A stretch of 64,000 bases of DNA from the NCBI GenBank assembly GCA_964035545.1, contig OZ037769.1:9764633-9828632 (forward strand), written 5' to 3'. The notes beneath the pieces were generated by a model. That model saw nothing but the letters and a program-made list of their open reading frames with translations, made no database searches and had not been told where the DNA came from. Shown here one piece after another: positions 11,820 to 28,600 of this stretch; position 1 is the first letter of the stretch, and each line of letters starts with the position of its first letter. Made by a program: the position numbers and the translations under genes. The DNA is from Bugula neritina. Lineage: Eukaryota > Animalia > Bryozoa.

Positions 11820-12919
11820 ATGAAATATACTGCAACATACCGAATAATATTGCACGATACTGCTACATATGGAAGTAGACTGTAACATACTGAAATACAC
11901 TGCAAAATCCTGCAAAATACTGCATCACACTGAAATACACTGTAACAAATTGAAATACACTGCAATACATTGAAATATACTGCAACATACTGAAATATAT
12001 CGTAACCTACTGAATGATGTTGAAAACTACTGAAATATACTGCAACATACTGCAAGATAATGAAATATACTGCAACATACTGAAATATACTGCAACATAC
12101 TGAAATACACTGTAACATACTGAAATACACTGCAACATACGGCAACATACTGAAACACACTGTAACATATTGAAATACACTGCAACACATTGAAATATAC
12201 TGCAACATACTGAAATATATGGTAACCTACTGAATAATGTTGAAAACTACTGAAATATACTGCTACATACTGCAAGATAATGAAATATACTGCAACATAC
12301 TGAAATATACTGCAAGATACTGCAACATACTGAAATACACTGTAACATACTGAAATGCACTACAACAGAATGAAATATACTGCAACATACCGAATAATAT
12401 TGCACGATACTGCTACATATGGAAGTAGACTGTAACATACTGAAATACACTGCAAAATCCTGCAAAATACTGCATCACACTGAAATACACTGTAACAAAT
12501 TGAAATACACTGCAACACATTGAAATATACTGCAACATACTGAAATATATGGTAACCTACTGAATGATGTTGAAAACTACTGAAATATACTGCAACATAC
12601 TGCAAGATAATGAAATATACTGCAACATACTGAAATATACTGCAACATACTGAAATACACTGTAACATACTGAAATACACTGCAACATACGGCAACATAC
12701 TGAAACACACTGTAACATATTGAAATACACTGCAACACATTGAAATATACTGCAACATACTGAAATATATGGTAACCTACTGAATAACGTTGAAAACTAC
12801 TGAAATATACTGCTACATACTGCAAGATAATGAAATATACTGCAACATACTGAAATATACTGCAAGATACTGCAACATACTGAAATACACTGTAACATAC
12901 TGAAATACACTACAACATA
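11820..12919. repeat. 550-bp tandem duplication in satellite B, itself containing a ~220-bp sub-repeat
   Basis: cgaataatattgcacgatactgctacatatggaagtagac at 11841 and 12391. ORFs 12027/12577 and 12247/12797 are offset by 550. The gtaacctactgaat..tgttgaaaactac motif recurs at 12001/12221 and 12551/12771. Confidence 0.88.
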
Positions 12920-15900
12920 CTGAAATATACTGAAACATACCGAAATGAACTGCACGATACTGCAACATACGGAAGTATACTGTAAAGTGTAACATGCTGA
13001 AATACACTGTAACATAGTGAAATACACTGTAAATTACTGAAATATACTGCAAGATACTGCAACATACTGAATTACATTGTAAGATACTGAAAAACACTGC
13101 AACATACTGCAACATACTGAAATACAGTGTAACATATTGAAATACACAGCAAAGCAATGAAATATTCTGCAACATACTGAAACATACAGCAACATACTGA
13201 AATACACTGCGACACATTGAATTATACTGCAGCATAATGAAATATACTGCAAGATACTGCAACATACTGAAATACATTGTAAGGTACTGGAATACAGTGC
13301 AACATACTGAAACATACTGCAACGTACTGAAATACACTGTAACATCTTGAAATACACTGCAAAACATTGAAATATACTGCAACATACTGAAACATACGGC
13401 AATATAATGAAATATACTGCGACACATTGAAATATACCGCAACATACAGAAATTCACTGGAACATACTGGAATAAACTGTGACACACTAAAATATTATGC
13501 AACATACTGAAAGATACTGCATTATACTGAAATATACTGCGACACAATGAAATATACTGTAATATACAGAAATGTACTGTAACATACTGAAACATACGTC
13601 AACATACTGAAATGTACTGCAACATATTGAAATATACTGCAACATACTGAAATACACTGCACGATACTGCTACATATGGAAGTACACTGTAACGTACTGA
13701 AATACACTGTAAGATATTGAAATACACTGCAACACATTGAAATATACTGCTACATACTGAAACATACGGCAACATACTAAAGTATACTGCGACACAATGA
13801 ATGTATTGCAACATACTGAAATATGCTGTAGCATACTGAAAGACACTGCAACACACTGAAGTATACTGTAATATACAGAAATGTATTGTAACATACTGAA
13901 ACATACAACAACATACTGAAATTTATTGCAACATACTGAAATACACTGCAACATACTGAAATACACTGTAACATACTGAAATACACTGCAACACATTGAA
14001 AAATACTGCAACATACTGAAATATGCTGTTGAATACTGAAATACAGTGCAACACACTGACGTATACTATAATATACAGAAATGTACTGTAAAATACTGAA
14101 ATATGCATCAACATACTGAAATATACTGCAAGATACTGCAACATACTGAATTACACTGTAACAAACTGAAATACTTTGCAACACATTTGAATATACTGCA
14201 ACATAATGAAATATATGGTAACCTACTGAAATATGTTGCAAACTACTAAAATATACTGCAACATACTGCAACCTATTGAAATTTATGGCAAGATACTGCA
14301 ACATACTGAAATACACTGTAACATACTGATATACACTGCAAATTACTGATATATACTGCAACATACTGGAATATACTGCAAGATACTGCAACATACTGAA
14401 ATACAATGTAAAATACTGAAATACACTGCAACACAGTTGAATATACTGAGACGTACCGAAATATATGGTAAACTACTGAAATATGTTAAAAACTACTGAA
14501 TTATACTGCAACATACTGCAACATAATGAAATATACTGCAAGATACTGCAACATACTGAGATACACTGTAACATACTGATATACACTGCAAATTACTGAA
14601 ACATACTGCAACATACTGAAATATACTGCAAGATACTGCAACATACTGAAACATACTGCAACAACTTAAAATTTACTGCAAAATACTGCAACATAATGAA
14701 ATACACTGTAACATATTGAAATACACTGCAACACATTGAAAAATACTGCAACATACTGAAATATGCTGTTGAATACTGAAATACAGTGCAACACACTGAC
14801 GTATACTATAATATACAGAAATGTACTGTAAAATACTGAAATATACATCAACATACTGAAATATACTGCAAGATACTGCAACATACTGAGTTACACTGTA
14901 ACATACTGAAATGCAGTGCAACATAATGAAATATACTGCAACATACCGAATAATATTGCACGATACTGCTACATATGGAAGTAGACTGTAACATACTGAA
15001 ATACACTGCAACATCCTGCAAAATACTGCATCACACTGAAATACACTGTAACATATTGAAATACACTGCAACACATTGAAATATACTGCAACATACTGAA
15101 ATATATGGTAACCTACTGAATAATGTTGAAAACTACTGAAATATACTGCAACATACTGCAAGATAATGAAATATACTGCAACATACTGAAATATACTGCA
15201 ACATACTGAAATACACTGTAACATACTGAAATACACTGCAACATACGGCAACATACTGAAACACACTGTAACATATTGAAATACACTGCAACACATTGAA
15301 ATATACTGCAACATACTGAAACATATGGTAACCTACTGAATAATGTTGAAAACTACTGAAATATACTGCAACATACTGCAAGATAATGAAATATACTGCA
15401 AAATACTGAAATATACTGCAAGATACTGCAACATACTGTAATACACTGTAACATACTGAAATACACTACAACATACTGAAATATACTGAAACATACCGAA
15501 ATGAACTGCACGATACTGCAACATACGGAAGTATACTGTAAAGTGTAACATACTGAAATACACTGTAACATACTGAAATACACTGTAAATTACTGAAATA
15601 TACTGCAAGATACTGCAACATACTGAAATACATTGTAAGATACTGAAAAACACTGCAACATACTGCAACATACTGAAATACAGTGTAACATATTGAAATA
15701 CACAGCAAAACAATGAAATATTCTGCAACATACTGAAACATACAGCAACATAATGAAATACACTGCGACACATTGAATTATACTGCAGCATAATGAAATA
15801 TACTGCAAGATACTGCAACATACTGAAATACATTGTAAGGTACTGGAATACAGTGCAACATACTGAAACATACGGCAACATAATGAAATATACTGCGACA

Positions 15901-17159
15901 CATTGAAATATACCGCAACATACTGAAATTCACTGGAACATACTGGAATAAACTGTGACACACTAAAATATTATGCAACACACTGAAAGATACTGCATTA
16001 TACTGAAATATACTGCGACACAATGAAATATACTGCAACCTACTGAAATATGCTGTAGCATACTGAAATACACTGCAACACACTGAAGTATACTGTAATA
16101 TACAGAAATGTACTGTAACATACTGAAACATACGTCAACATACTGAAATGTACTGCAACATATTGAAATATACTGCAACACATTGAAATATACTGCAACA
16201 TACTGAAATACACTGCACGATACTGCTACATATGGAAGTACACTGTAACGTACTGAAATACACTGTAACATATTGAAATACACTGCAACACATTGAAATA
16301 TACTGCAACATACTGAAACATACGGCAACATACTAAAATATACTGCGACACAATGAATGTATTGCAACATACTGAAATATGCTGTAGCATACCGGAATAC
16401 ACTGCAACACACTGAAGTATACTGTAATATACAGAAATGTACTGTAACATACTGAAACATACAACAACATACTGAAATTTACTGCAACATACTGAAATAT
16501 ACTGCAACATACTGAAATACACTGTAACATACTGAAATACACTGCAACATACGGCAACATACTGAAACACACTGTAACATATTGAAATACACTGCAACAC
16601 ATTGAAATATACTGCAACATACTGAAACATATGGTAACCTACTGAATAATGTTGAAAACTACTGAAATATACTGCAACATACGGCACGATAATGAAACAT
16701 GCTGCAACATACTGAAATATACTGCAAGATACTGCAACATACTGAAATACACTGTAACATACTGAGATACACTACAACATACTGAAATATACTGAAACAT
16801 ACCGAAATATACTGCACGATACTGCAACATACGGAAGTATACTGTAAACTGTAACATACTGAAATACACCGTAACATACTGAAATACACTGTAAATTACT
16901 GAAATATACTGCAAGATACTGCAACATACTGAAATACATTGTAAGATACTGAAAAACACTGCAACATACTGCAACATACTGAAATACAGTGTAACATATT
17001 GAAATACACAGCAAAACAATGAAATATTCTGCAACATACTGAAACATACAGCAACATACTGAAATACACTGTAAGGTACTGAAATACACTGAAAATTGCT
17101 GAAATATACTGCAACATACTGAATTATACTGCAGCATAATGAAATATACTGCAAGATAC

Positions 17160-20100
17160 TGCAACATACTGAAATAGACTGTAACATCTTGAAATACACT
17201 GCAAAACATTGAAATATACTGCAATATACTGAAACATACGGCAACATAATGAAATATACTGCGACACATTGAAATATACCGCAACATACTGAAATTCACT
17301 GGAACATACTGGAATAAACTGTGACACACTAAAATATTATGCAACATACTGAAAGATACTGCATTATACTGAAATATACTGCGACACAATGAAATATGCT
17401 GGAACCTACTGAATTATGCTGTAGCATACTGAAATACACTGCAACACACTGAAGTATACTGTAATATACAGAAATGTACTGTAACAAACTGAAACATACG
17501 TCAACATACTGAAATGTACTGCAACTTATTGAAATATACTGCAACACATTGAAATATACTGCAACATACTGAAATATGCTGTAGCATACTGAAATACACT
17601 GCAACATGCTGACGTATACTATAATATACAGAAATGTAACGTAAAATACTGAAATATACTTCAACATACTGAAATGTACCTGAAAACATTGAAACATACT
17701 GAAATACACTGCAAGATACTGCAACATACTGAAATACACTGTAACATACTGAAATACACTACAACATACTGAAATATACTGAAACATACCGAAATATACT
17801 GCACGATACTGCAACATACGGAAGTATACTGTAAACTGTAACATACTGAAATACACTGTAACATACTGAAATACACTGTAAATTACTGAAATATACTGCA
17901 AGATACTGCAACATACTGAAATACATTGTAAGATACTGAAAAACACTGCAACATACTGCAACATACTGAAATACAGTGTAACATATTGAAATACACAGCA
18001 AAACAATGAAATATCCTGCAACATACTGAAACATACAGCAACATACTGAAATACACTGCAACATACTGAAATACACTGAAAATTACTGAAATATACTGCA
18101 ACATACTGAAATATACTGCAAGATACTGCAACATACTGAAATACACTGTAACATACTGAAATACAGTGCAACATAATGAAATATACTGCAAGATACCGAA
18201 ATATACTGCACGATACTGCAACATATGGAAGTACACTGTAACATACTGAAATACACTGCAACATACTGCAAAATACTGCATCATACTGAAATACACTGTA
18301 ACATACTGAAATACTTTGCAACACATTGGAATATACTGCAACATACTGAAATACACTGTAACATACTGAAATACACTGAAAATTACTGAAATATACTGCA
18401 ACATACTGAAATATACTGCAAGATACTGCAACATACTGAAATACACTGTAACATACTGAAATACACAGCAAATTACTGAAATATACTGCAACATACTGAA
18501 ATATACTGCAAGATACTGCAACATACTGAAATACATTGTAAGGTACTGGAATACAGTGCAACATACTGAAACATACTGCAACATACTGAAATACACTGTA
18601 ACATCTTGAAATACACTGCAAAACATTGAAATATACTGCAACATACTGAAACATACGGCAACGTAATGAAATATACTGCGACACATTGAAATATACCGCA
18701 ACATACTGAAATTCACTGGAACATACTGGAATAAACTGTGACACACTAAAATATTATGCAACATACTGAAAGATACTGCATTATACTGAAATATACTGCG
18801 ACACAATGAAATATGCTGGAACCTACTGAATTATGCTGTAGCATACTGAAATACACTGCAACACACTGAAGTATACTGTAATATACAGAAATGTACTGTA
18901 ACATACTGAAACATACGTCAACATACTGAAATGTACTGCAACTTATTGAAATATACTGCAACACATTGAAATATACTGCAACATACTGAAATATGCTGTA
19001 GCATACTGAAATACACTGCAACATGCTGACGTATACTATAATATACAGAAATGTAACGTAAAATACTGAAATATACTTCAACATACTGAAATGTACCTGA
19101 AAACATTGAAACATACTGAAATACACTGCAAGATACTGCCACATACTGAAATACACTGTAACATACTGAAATACACTACAACATACTGAAATATACTGAA
19201 ACATACCGAAATATACTGCACGATACTGCAACATACGGAAGTATACTGTAAACTGTAACATACTGAAATACACTGTAACATACTGAAATACACTGTAAAT
19301 TACTGAAATATACTGCAAGATACTGCAACATACTGAAATACTTTGTAAGATACTGAAAAACACTGCAACATACTGCAACATACTGAAATACAGTGTAACA
19401 TATTGAAATACACAGCAAAACAATGAAATATCCTGCAACATACTGAAACATACAGCAACATACTGAAATACACTGCGACACATTGAATTATACTGCAGCA
19501 TAATGAAATATACTGCAAGATACTGCAACATACTGAAATACATTGTAAGGTACTGGAATACAGTGCAACATACTGAAACATACTGCAACATACTGAAATA
19601 CACTGTAACATCTTGAAATACACTGCAAAACATTGAAATATACTGCAACATACTGAAACATACGGCAACATAATGAAATATACTGCGACACATTGAAATA
19701 TACCGCAACATACTGAAATTCACTGGAACATACTGGAATAAACTGTGACACACTAAAATATTATGCAACACACTGAAAGATACTGCATTATACTGAAATA
19801 TACTGCGACACAATGAAATATACTGCAACCTACTGAAATATGCTGTAGCATACTGAAATACACTGCAACACACTGAAGTATACTGTAATATACAGAAATG
19901 TACTGTAACATACTGAAACATACGTCAACATACTGAAATGTACTGCAACATATTGAAATATACTGCAACACATTGAAATATACTGCAACATACTGAAATA
20001 CACTGCACGATACTGCTACATATGGAAGTACACTGTAACGTACTGAAATACACTGTAACATATTGAAATACACTGCAACACATTGAAATATACTGCAACA

Positions 20101-22690
20101 TACTGAAACATACGGCAACATACTAAAATATACTGCGACACAATGAATGTATTGCAACATACTGAAATATGCTGTAGCATACCGGAATACACTGCAACAC
20201 ACTGAAGTATACTGTAATATACAGAAATGTACTGTAACATACTGAAACATACAACAACATACTGAAATTTACTGCAACATACTGAAATATACTGCAACAT
20301 ACTGAAATACACTGTAACATACTGAAATGCACTGCAACATACGGCAACATACTGAAACATACTGAAACATATGGTAACCTACTGAAAAATGTTGAAAACT
20401 ACTGAAATATACTGCAACATACTGCACGATAATGAAACATACTGCAACATACTGAAATACACTGCAAGATACTGCAACATACTGAAATACACTGTAACAT
20501 ACTGAAATACACTACAACATACTGAAAAATACTGAAACATACCGAAATATACTGCACGATACTGCAACATACGGAAGTATACTGTAAACTGTAACATACT
20601 GAAATACACTGTATCTTACTGAAATACACTGTAAATTACTGAAATATACTGCAAGATACTGCAACATACTGAAATACATTGTAAGATACTGAAAAACACT
20701 GCAACATACTGCAACATACTGAAATACAGTGTAACATATTGAAATACACAGCAAAACAATGAAATATCCTGCAACATACTGAAACATACAGCAACATACT
20801 GAAATACACTGCGACACATTGAATTATACTGCAGCATAATGAAATATGCTGCAAGATACTGCAACATACTGAAATACATTGTAAGGTACTGGAATACAGT
20901 GCAACATACTGAAACATACTGCAACATACTGAAATACACTGTAACATCTTGAAATACACTGCAAAACATTGAAATATACTGCAACATACTGAAACATACG
21001 GCAACGTAATGAAATATACTGCGACACATTGAAATATACCGCAACATACTGAAATTCACTGGAACATACTGGAATAAACTGTGACACACTAAAATATTAT
21101 GCAACATACTGAAAGATACTGCATTATACTGAAATATACTGCGACACAATGAAATATGCTGGAACCTACTGAATTATGCTGTAGCATACTGAAATACACT
21201 GCAACACACTGAAGTATACTGTAATATACAGAAATGTACTGTAACATACTGAAACATACGTCAACATACTGAAATGTACTGCAACTTATTGAAATATACT
21301 GCAACACATTGAAATATACTGCAACATACTGAAATATGCTGTAGCATACTGAAATACACTGCAACATGCTGACGTATACTATAATATACAGAAATGTAAC
21401 GTAAAATACTGAAATATACTTCAACATACTGAAATGTACCTGAAAACATTGAAACATACTGAAATACACTGCAAGATACTGCCACATACTGAAATACACT
21501 GTAACATACTGAAATACACTACAACATACTGAAATATACTGAAACATACCGAAATATACTGCACGATACTGCAACATACGGAAGTATACTGTAAACTGTA
21601 ACATACTGAAATACACTGTAACATACTGAAATACACTGTAAATTACTGAAATATACTGCAAGATACTGCAACATACTGAAATACATTGTAAGATACTGAA
21701 AAACACTGCAACATACTGCAACATACTGAAATACAGTGTAACATATTGAAATACAGAGCAAAACAATGAAATATCCTGCAACATACTGAAACATACAGCA
21801 ACATACTGAAATACACTGCGACACATTGAATTATACTGCAGCATAATGAAATATACTGCAAGATACTGCAACATACTGAAATACATTGTAAGGTACTGGA
21901 ATACAGTGCAACATACTGAAACATACTGCAACATACTGAAATACACTGTAACATCTTGAAATACACTGCAAAACATTGAAATATACTGCAACATACTGAA
22001 ACATACGGCAACATAATGAAATATACTGCGACACATTGAAATATACCGCAACATACTGAAATTCACTGGAACATACTGGAATAAACTGTGACACACTAAA
22101 ATATTATGCAACACACTGAAAGATACTGCATTATACTGAAATATACTGCGACACAATGAAATATACTGCAACCTACTGAAATATGCTGTAGCATACTGAA
22201 ATACACTGCAACACACTGAAGTATACTGTAATATACAGAAATGTACTGTAACATACTGAAACATACGTCAACATACTGAAATGTACTGCAACATATTGAA
22301 ATATACTGCAACACATTGAAATATACTGCAACAAACTGAAATACACTGCACGATACAGCTACATATGGAAGTACACTGTAACGTACTGAAATACACTGTA
22401 ACATATTGAAATACACTGCAACACATTGAAATATACTGCAACATACTGAAACATACGGCAACATACTAAAATATACTGCGACACAATGAATGTATTGCAA
22501 CATACTGAAATATGCTGTAGCATACCGGAATACACTGCAACACACTGAAGTATACTGTAATATACAGAAATGTACTGTAACATACTGAAACATACAACAA
22601 CATACTGAAATTTACTGCAACATACTGAAATATACTGCAACATACTGAAATACACTGTAACATACTGAAATACACTGCAACATACGGCAA
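17160..22690. repeat. Cluster of overlapping local duplications in satellite B (periods 1417 and 2343 bp)
   Basis: Matching ORF ends offset by 1417 (17329/18746, 17501/18918, 17883/19300) and by 2343 (18746/21089, 18918/21261, 19753/22096). Confidence 0.82.
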
Positions 22691-25600
22691 CATACTGAAA
22701 CACACTGTAACATATTGAAATACACTGCAACACATTGAAATATACTGCAACATACTGAAACATATGGTAACCTACTGAATAATGTTGAAAACTACTGAAA
22801 TATACTGCAACATACTGCACGATAATGAAACATACTGCAACATACTGAAATATACTGCAAGATACTGCAACATACTGAAATACACTGTAACATACTGAGA
22901 TACACTACAACATACTGAAATATACTGAAACATACCGAAATATACTGCACGATACTGCAACATACGGAAGTATACTGTAAACTGTAACATACTGAAATAC
23001 ACCGTAACATACTGAAATACACTGTAAATTACTGAAATATACTGCAAGATACTGCAACATACTGAAATACATTGTAAGATACTGAAAAACACTGCAACAT
23101 ACTGCAACATACTGAAATACAGTGTAACATATTGAAATACACAGCAAAACAATGAAATATTCTGCAACATACTGAAACATACAGCAACATACTGAAATAC
23201 ACTGTAAGGTACTGAAATACACTGAAAATTGCTGAAATATACTGCAACATACTGAATTATACTGCAGCATAATGAAATATACTGCAAGATACTGCAACAT
23301 ACTGAAATACATTGTAAGGTACTGGAATACAGTGCAACATACTGAAACATACTGCAACATACTGAAATACACTGTAACATCTTGAAATACACTGCAAAAC
23401 ATTGAAATATACTGCAACATACTGAAACATACGGCAACATAATGAAATATACTGCGACACATTGAAATATACCGCGACATATTGAAATTCACTGGAACAT
23501 ACTGGAATAAACTGTGACACACTAAAATATTATGCAACATACTGAAAGATACTGCATTATACTGAAATATACTGCGACACAATGAAATATACTGCAAACT
23601 ACTGAAATATACTGCAACATGCCGCAACATGTTGAAATATACTGCAAGATACTGCAACATACTGAGATACACTGTAACATACTGAAATACACTGCAACAT
23701 ACTGCAAAATACTGCATCATACTGAAATACACTGTAACATACTGAAATACCTTGCAACACATTGGAATATACTGCAACATAATGAAATATATGGTATCCT
23801 GCTGAAATATGTTGCAAACTACTGAAATATACTGCAACATACTGCAATCTATTAAAATAGACTGCAAGATACTGCATCATACTGAGATACACTGTAACAT
23901 ACTGAAATACACTGCAAATTACTGAAATATACTGCAACATACCGAAACATACTGCACGATACTGCAACATATGGAAGTACACTGTAACATACTGAAATAC
24001 ACTGCAACATACTGCAAAATACTGCATCATACTGAAATACACTGTAACATATTGAAATACACTGCAACACATTGAAATATACTGCAACATACTGAAACAT
24101 ACGGCAACATACTGAAATATACTGCAACACAATGAATGTACTGCAACATACTGAAATATGCTGTAGCATACTGAAATACACTGCAACACACTGAAGTATA
24201 CTGTAATATACAGAAATGTACTGTAACATACTGAAACATACGTCAACATACTGAAATGTACCTGAAAACATTGAAACATACTGAAATACACTGTAACATA
24301 CTCAAATACTTTGCAACACATTGGAATATACTGCAACATGATGAAATATGTTGCTAACTACTGAAATATACTGCAACATGCCGCAAAATGTTGAAATATA
24401 CTGCAAGATACTGCAACATACTGAAATAAACTGTAACATACTGAAATACACTGAAAATTACTGAAATATACTGCAACATACTGAAATATACTGCAAGATA
24501 CTGCAACATACTGAAATACACTGTAACATACTGAAATACAGTGCAACATAATGAAATATACTGCAAGATACCGAAATATACTGCACGATACTGCAACATA
24601 TGGAAGTACACTGTAACATACTGAAATACACTGCAACATACTGCAAAATACTGCATCATACTGAAATACACTGTAACATACTGAAATACTTTGCAACACA
24701 TTGGAATATACTGCAACATACTGAAATACACTGTAACATACTGAAACACACTGAAAATTACTGAAATATACTGCAACATACTGAAATATACTGCAAGATA
24801 CTGCAACATACTGAAATATACTGCAATATACTGCAACATACTGAAATATACTGCGACGTATCGAAATATGCTGCAACATACTGAAATATACTGCAACAAC
24901 TTAAAAAATACTGCAAAATACTGCCACATAATGAAATACATTGTAACATCTTGAAATACACTGCAACACATTGAAATATACTGCAACATACTGAAATATG
25001 CTGTAGCATACTGAAAGACACTGCAACACACTGACGTAAAATATAATATACAGAAATGTGCTGTAAAATACTGAAACATACAACAACATACTGAAATTTA
25101 TTGCAACATACTGAAATACACTGCAACATACTGAAATACACTGTAACATACTGAAATGCACTGCAACATACGGCAACATACTGAAACATACTGAAACATA
25201 TGGTAACCTACTGAATAATGTTGAAAACTACTGAAATATACTGCAACATACTGCACGATAATGAAACATACTGCAACATACTGAAATACACTGCAAGATA
25301 CTGCAACATACTGAAATACACTGTAACATACTGAAATACACTACAACATACTGAAATATACTGAAACATACCGAAATATCCTGCACGATACTGCAACATA
25401 CGGAAGTATACTGTAAACTGTAAAATACTGAAATACACTGTAACATACTGAAATACACTGTAAATTACTGAAATATACTGCAAGATACTGCAACATACTG
25501 AAATACATTGTAAGATACTGAAAAACACTGCAACATACTGCAACATACTGAAATACAGTGTAACATATTGAAATACACAGCAAAACAATGAAATATCCTG

Positions 25601-28600
25601 CAACATACTGAAACATACAGCAACATACTGAAATACACTGCGACACATTGAATTATACTGCAGCATAAAGAAATATGCTGCAAAATACTGCAACATACTG
25701 AAATACATTGTAAGGTACTGGAATACAGTGCAACATACTGAAACATACTGCAACATACTGAAATACACTGTAACATCTTGAAATACACTGCAAAACATTG
25801 AAATATACTGCAACATACTGAAACATACGGCAACATAATGAAATATACTGCGACACATTGAAATATACCGCAACATACTGAAATTCACTGGAACATACTG
25901 GAATAAACTGTGACACACTAAAATATTATGCAACATACTGAAAGATACTGCATTATACTGAAATATACTGCGACACAATGAAATATGCTGGAACCTACTG
26001 AATTATGCTGTAGCATACTGAAATACACTGCAACACACTGAAGTATACTGTAATATACAGAAATGTACTGTAACATACTGAAACATACGTCAACATACTG
26101 AAATGTACTGCAACTTATTGAAATATACTGCAACACATTGAAATATACTGCAACATACTGAAATATGCTGTAGCATACTGAAATACACTGCAACATGCTG
26201 ACGTATACTATAATATACAGAAATGTAACGTAAAATACTGAAATATACTTCAACATACTGAAATGTACCTGAAAACATTGAAACATACTGAAATACACTG
26301 CAAGATACTGCAACATACTGAAATACACTGTAACATACTGAAATACACTACAACATACTGAAATATACTGAAACATACCGAAATATACTGCACGATACTG
26401 CAACATACGGAAGTATACTGTAAACTGTAACATACTGAAATACACTGTAACATCTTGAAATACACTGCAAAACATTGAAATATACTGCAACATACTGAAA
26501 CATACGGCAACATAATGAAATATACTGCGACACATTGAAATATACCGCAACATATTGAAATTCACTGGAACATACTGGAATAAACTGTGACACACTAAAA
26601 TATTATGCAACATACTGAAAGATACTGCATTATACTGAAATATACTGCGACACAATGAAATATGCTGGAACCTACTGAATTATGCTGTAGCATACTGAAA
26701 TACACTGCAACACACTGAAGTATACTGTAATATACAGAAATGTACTGTAACATACTGAAACATACGTCAACATACTGAAATGTACTGCAACTTATTGAAA
26801 TATACTGCAACACATTGAAATATACTGCAACATACTGAAATATGCTGTAGCATACTGAAATACACTGCAACATGCTGACGTATACTATAATATACAGAAA
26901 TGTAACGTAAAATACTGAAATATACTTCAACATACTGAAATGTACCTGAAAACATTGAAACATACTGAAATACACTGTAACATACTGAATTACTTTGCAA
27001 CACATTGGAATATACTGCAACATGATGAAATATGTTGCAAACAACTGAAATATACTGCAACATGCCGCAACATGTTGAAATATACTGCAAGATACTGCAA
27101 CATACTGAAATACACTGTAACATACTGAAATACACTGAAAATTACTGAAATATACTGCAAACTACTGAAATATCCTGCAACATACTGAAACATACAGCAA
27201 CATACTGAAATACACTGTAACATACTGAAATACACTGAAAATTACTGAAATATACTGCAACATACTGAAATATACTGCAAGATACTGCAACATACTGAAA
27301 TACACTGTAACATACTGAAATACAGTGCAACATAATGAAATATACTGCAAGATACCGAAATATACTGCACGATACTGCAACATATGGAAGTACACTGTAA
27401 CATACTGAAATACACTGCAACATACTGTAAAATACTGCATCATACTGAAATACACTGTAACATACTGAAATACTTTGCAACACATTGGAATATACTGCAA
27501 CATACTGAAATACACTGTAACATACTGAAATACACAGCAAATTACTGAAATATACTGCAACATACTGAAATATACTGCAAGATACTGCAACATACTGAAA
27601 TACAGTGTAACATACTGAAATACACTGCTACACAGTTGAATATACTGCAACGTACCGAAATATATGGTAAACTACTGAAATATGTTACAAAATACTGAAA
27701 TATACTGAAATATACTGCAACATACTAAAATATACTGCAAGATACTGCAACATACTGCAACATACTGAAATACATTGTAAGATACTGAAATACACTGCAA
27801 TATACTGCAACATACTGAAATATACTGCGACGTACCGAAATATGCTGCAACATACTGAAATATACTGCAACAACTTAAAAAATACTGCAAAATACTGCCA
27901 CATAATGAAATACATTGTAACATCTTGAAATACACTGCAACACATTGAAATATACTGCAACATACTGAAATATGCTGTAGCATACTGAAAGACACTGCAA
28001 CACACTGACGTAAAATATAATATACAGAAATGTACTGTAAAATACTGAAACATACAACAACATACTGAAATTTATTGCAACATACTGAAATACACTGCAA
28101 CATACTGAAATACACTGTAACATACTGAAATGCACTGCAACATACGGCAACATACTGAAACATACTGAAACATATGGTAACCTACTGAATAATGTTGAAA
28201 ACTACTGAAGTATACTGCAACATACTGCACGATAATGAAACATACTGCAACATACTGAAATACACTGCAAGATACTGCAACATACTGAAATACACTGTAA
28301 CATACTGAAATACACTACAACATACTGAAATATACTGAAACATACCGAAATATACTGCACGATACTGCAACATACGGAAGTATACTGTAAACTGTAACAT
28401 ACTGAAATACACTGTAACATACTGAAATACACTGTAAATTACTGAAATATACTGCAAGATACTGCAACATACTGAAATACATTGTAAGATACTGAAAAAC
28501 ACTGCAACATACTGCAACATACTGAAATACAGTGTAACATATTGAAATACACAGCAAAACAATGAAATATCCTGCAACATACTGAAACATACAGCAACAT

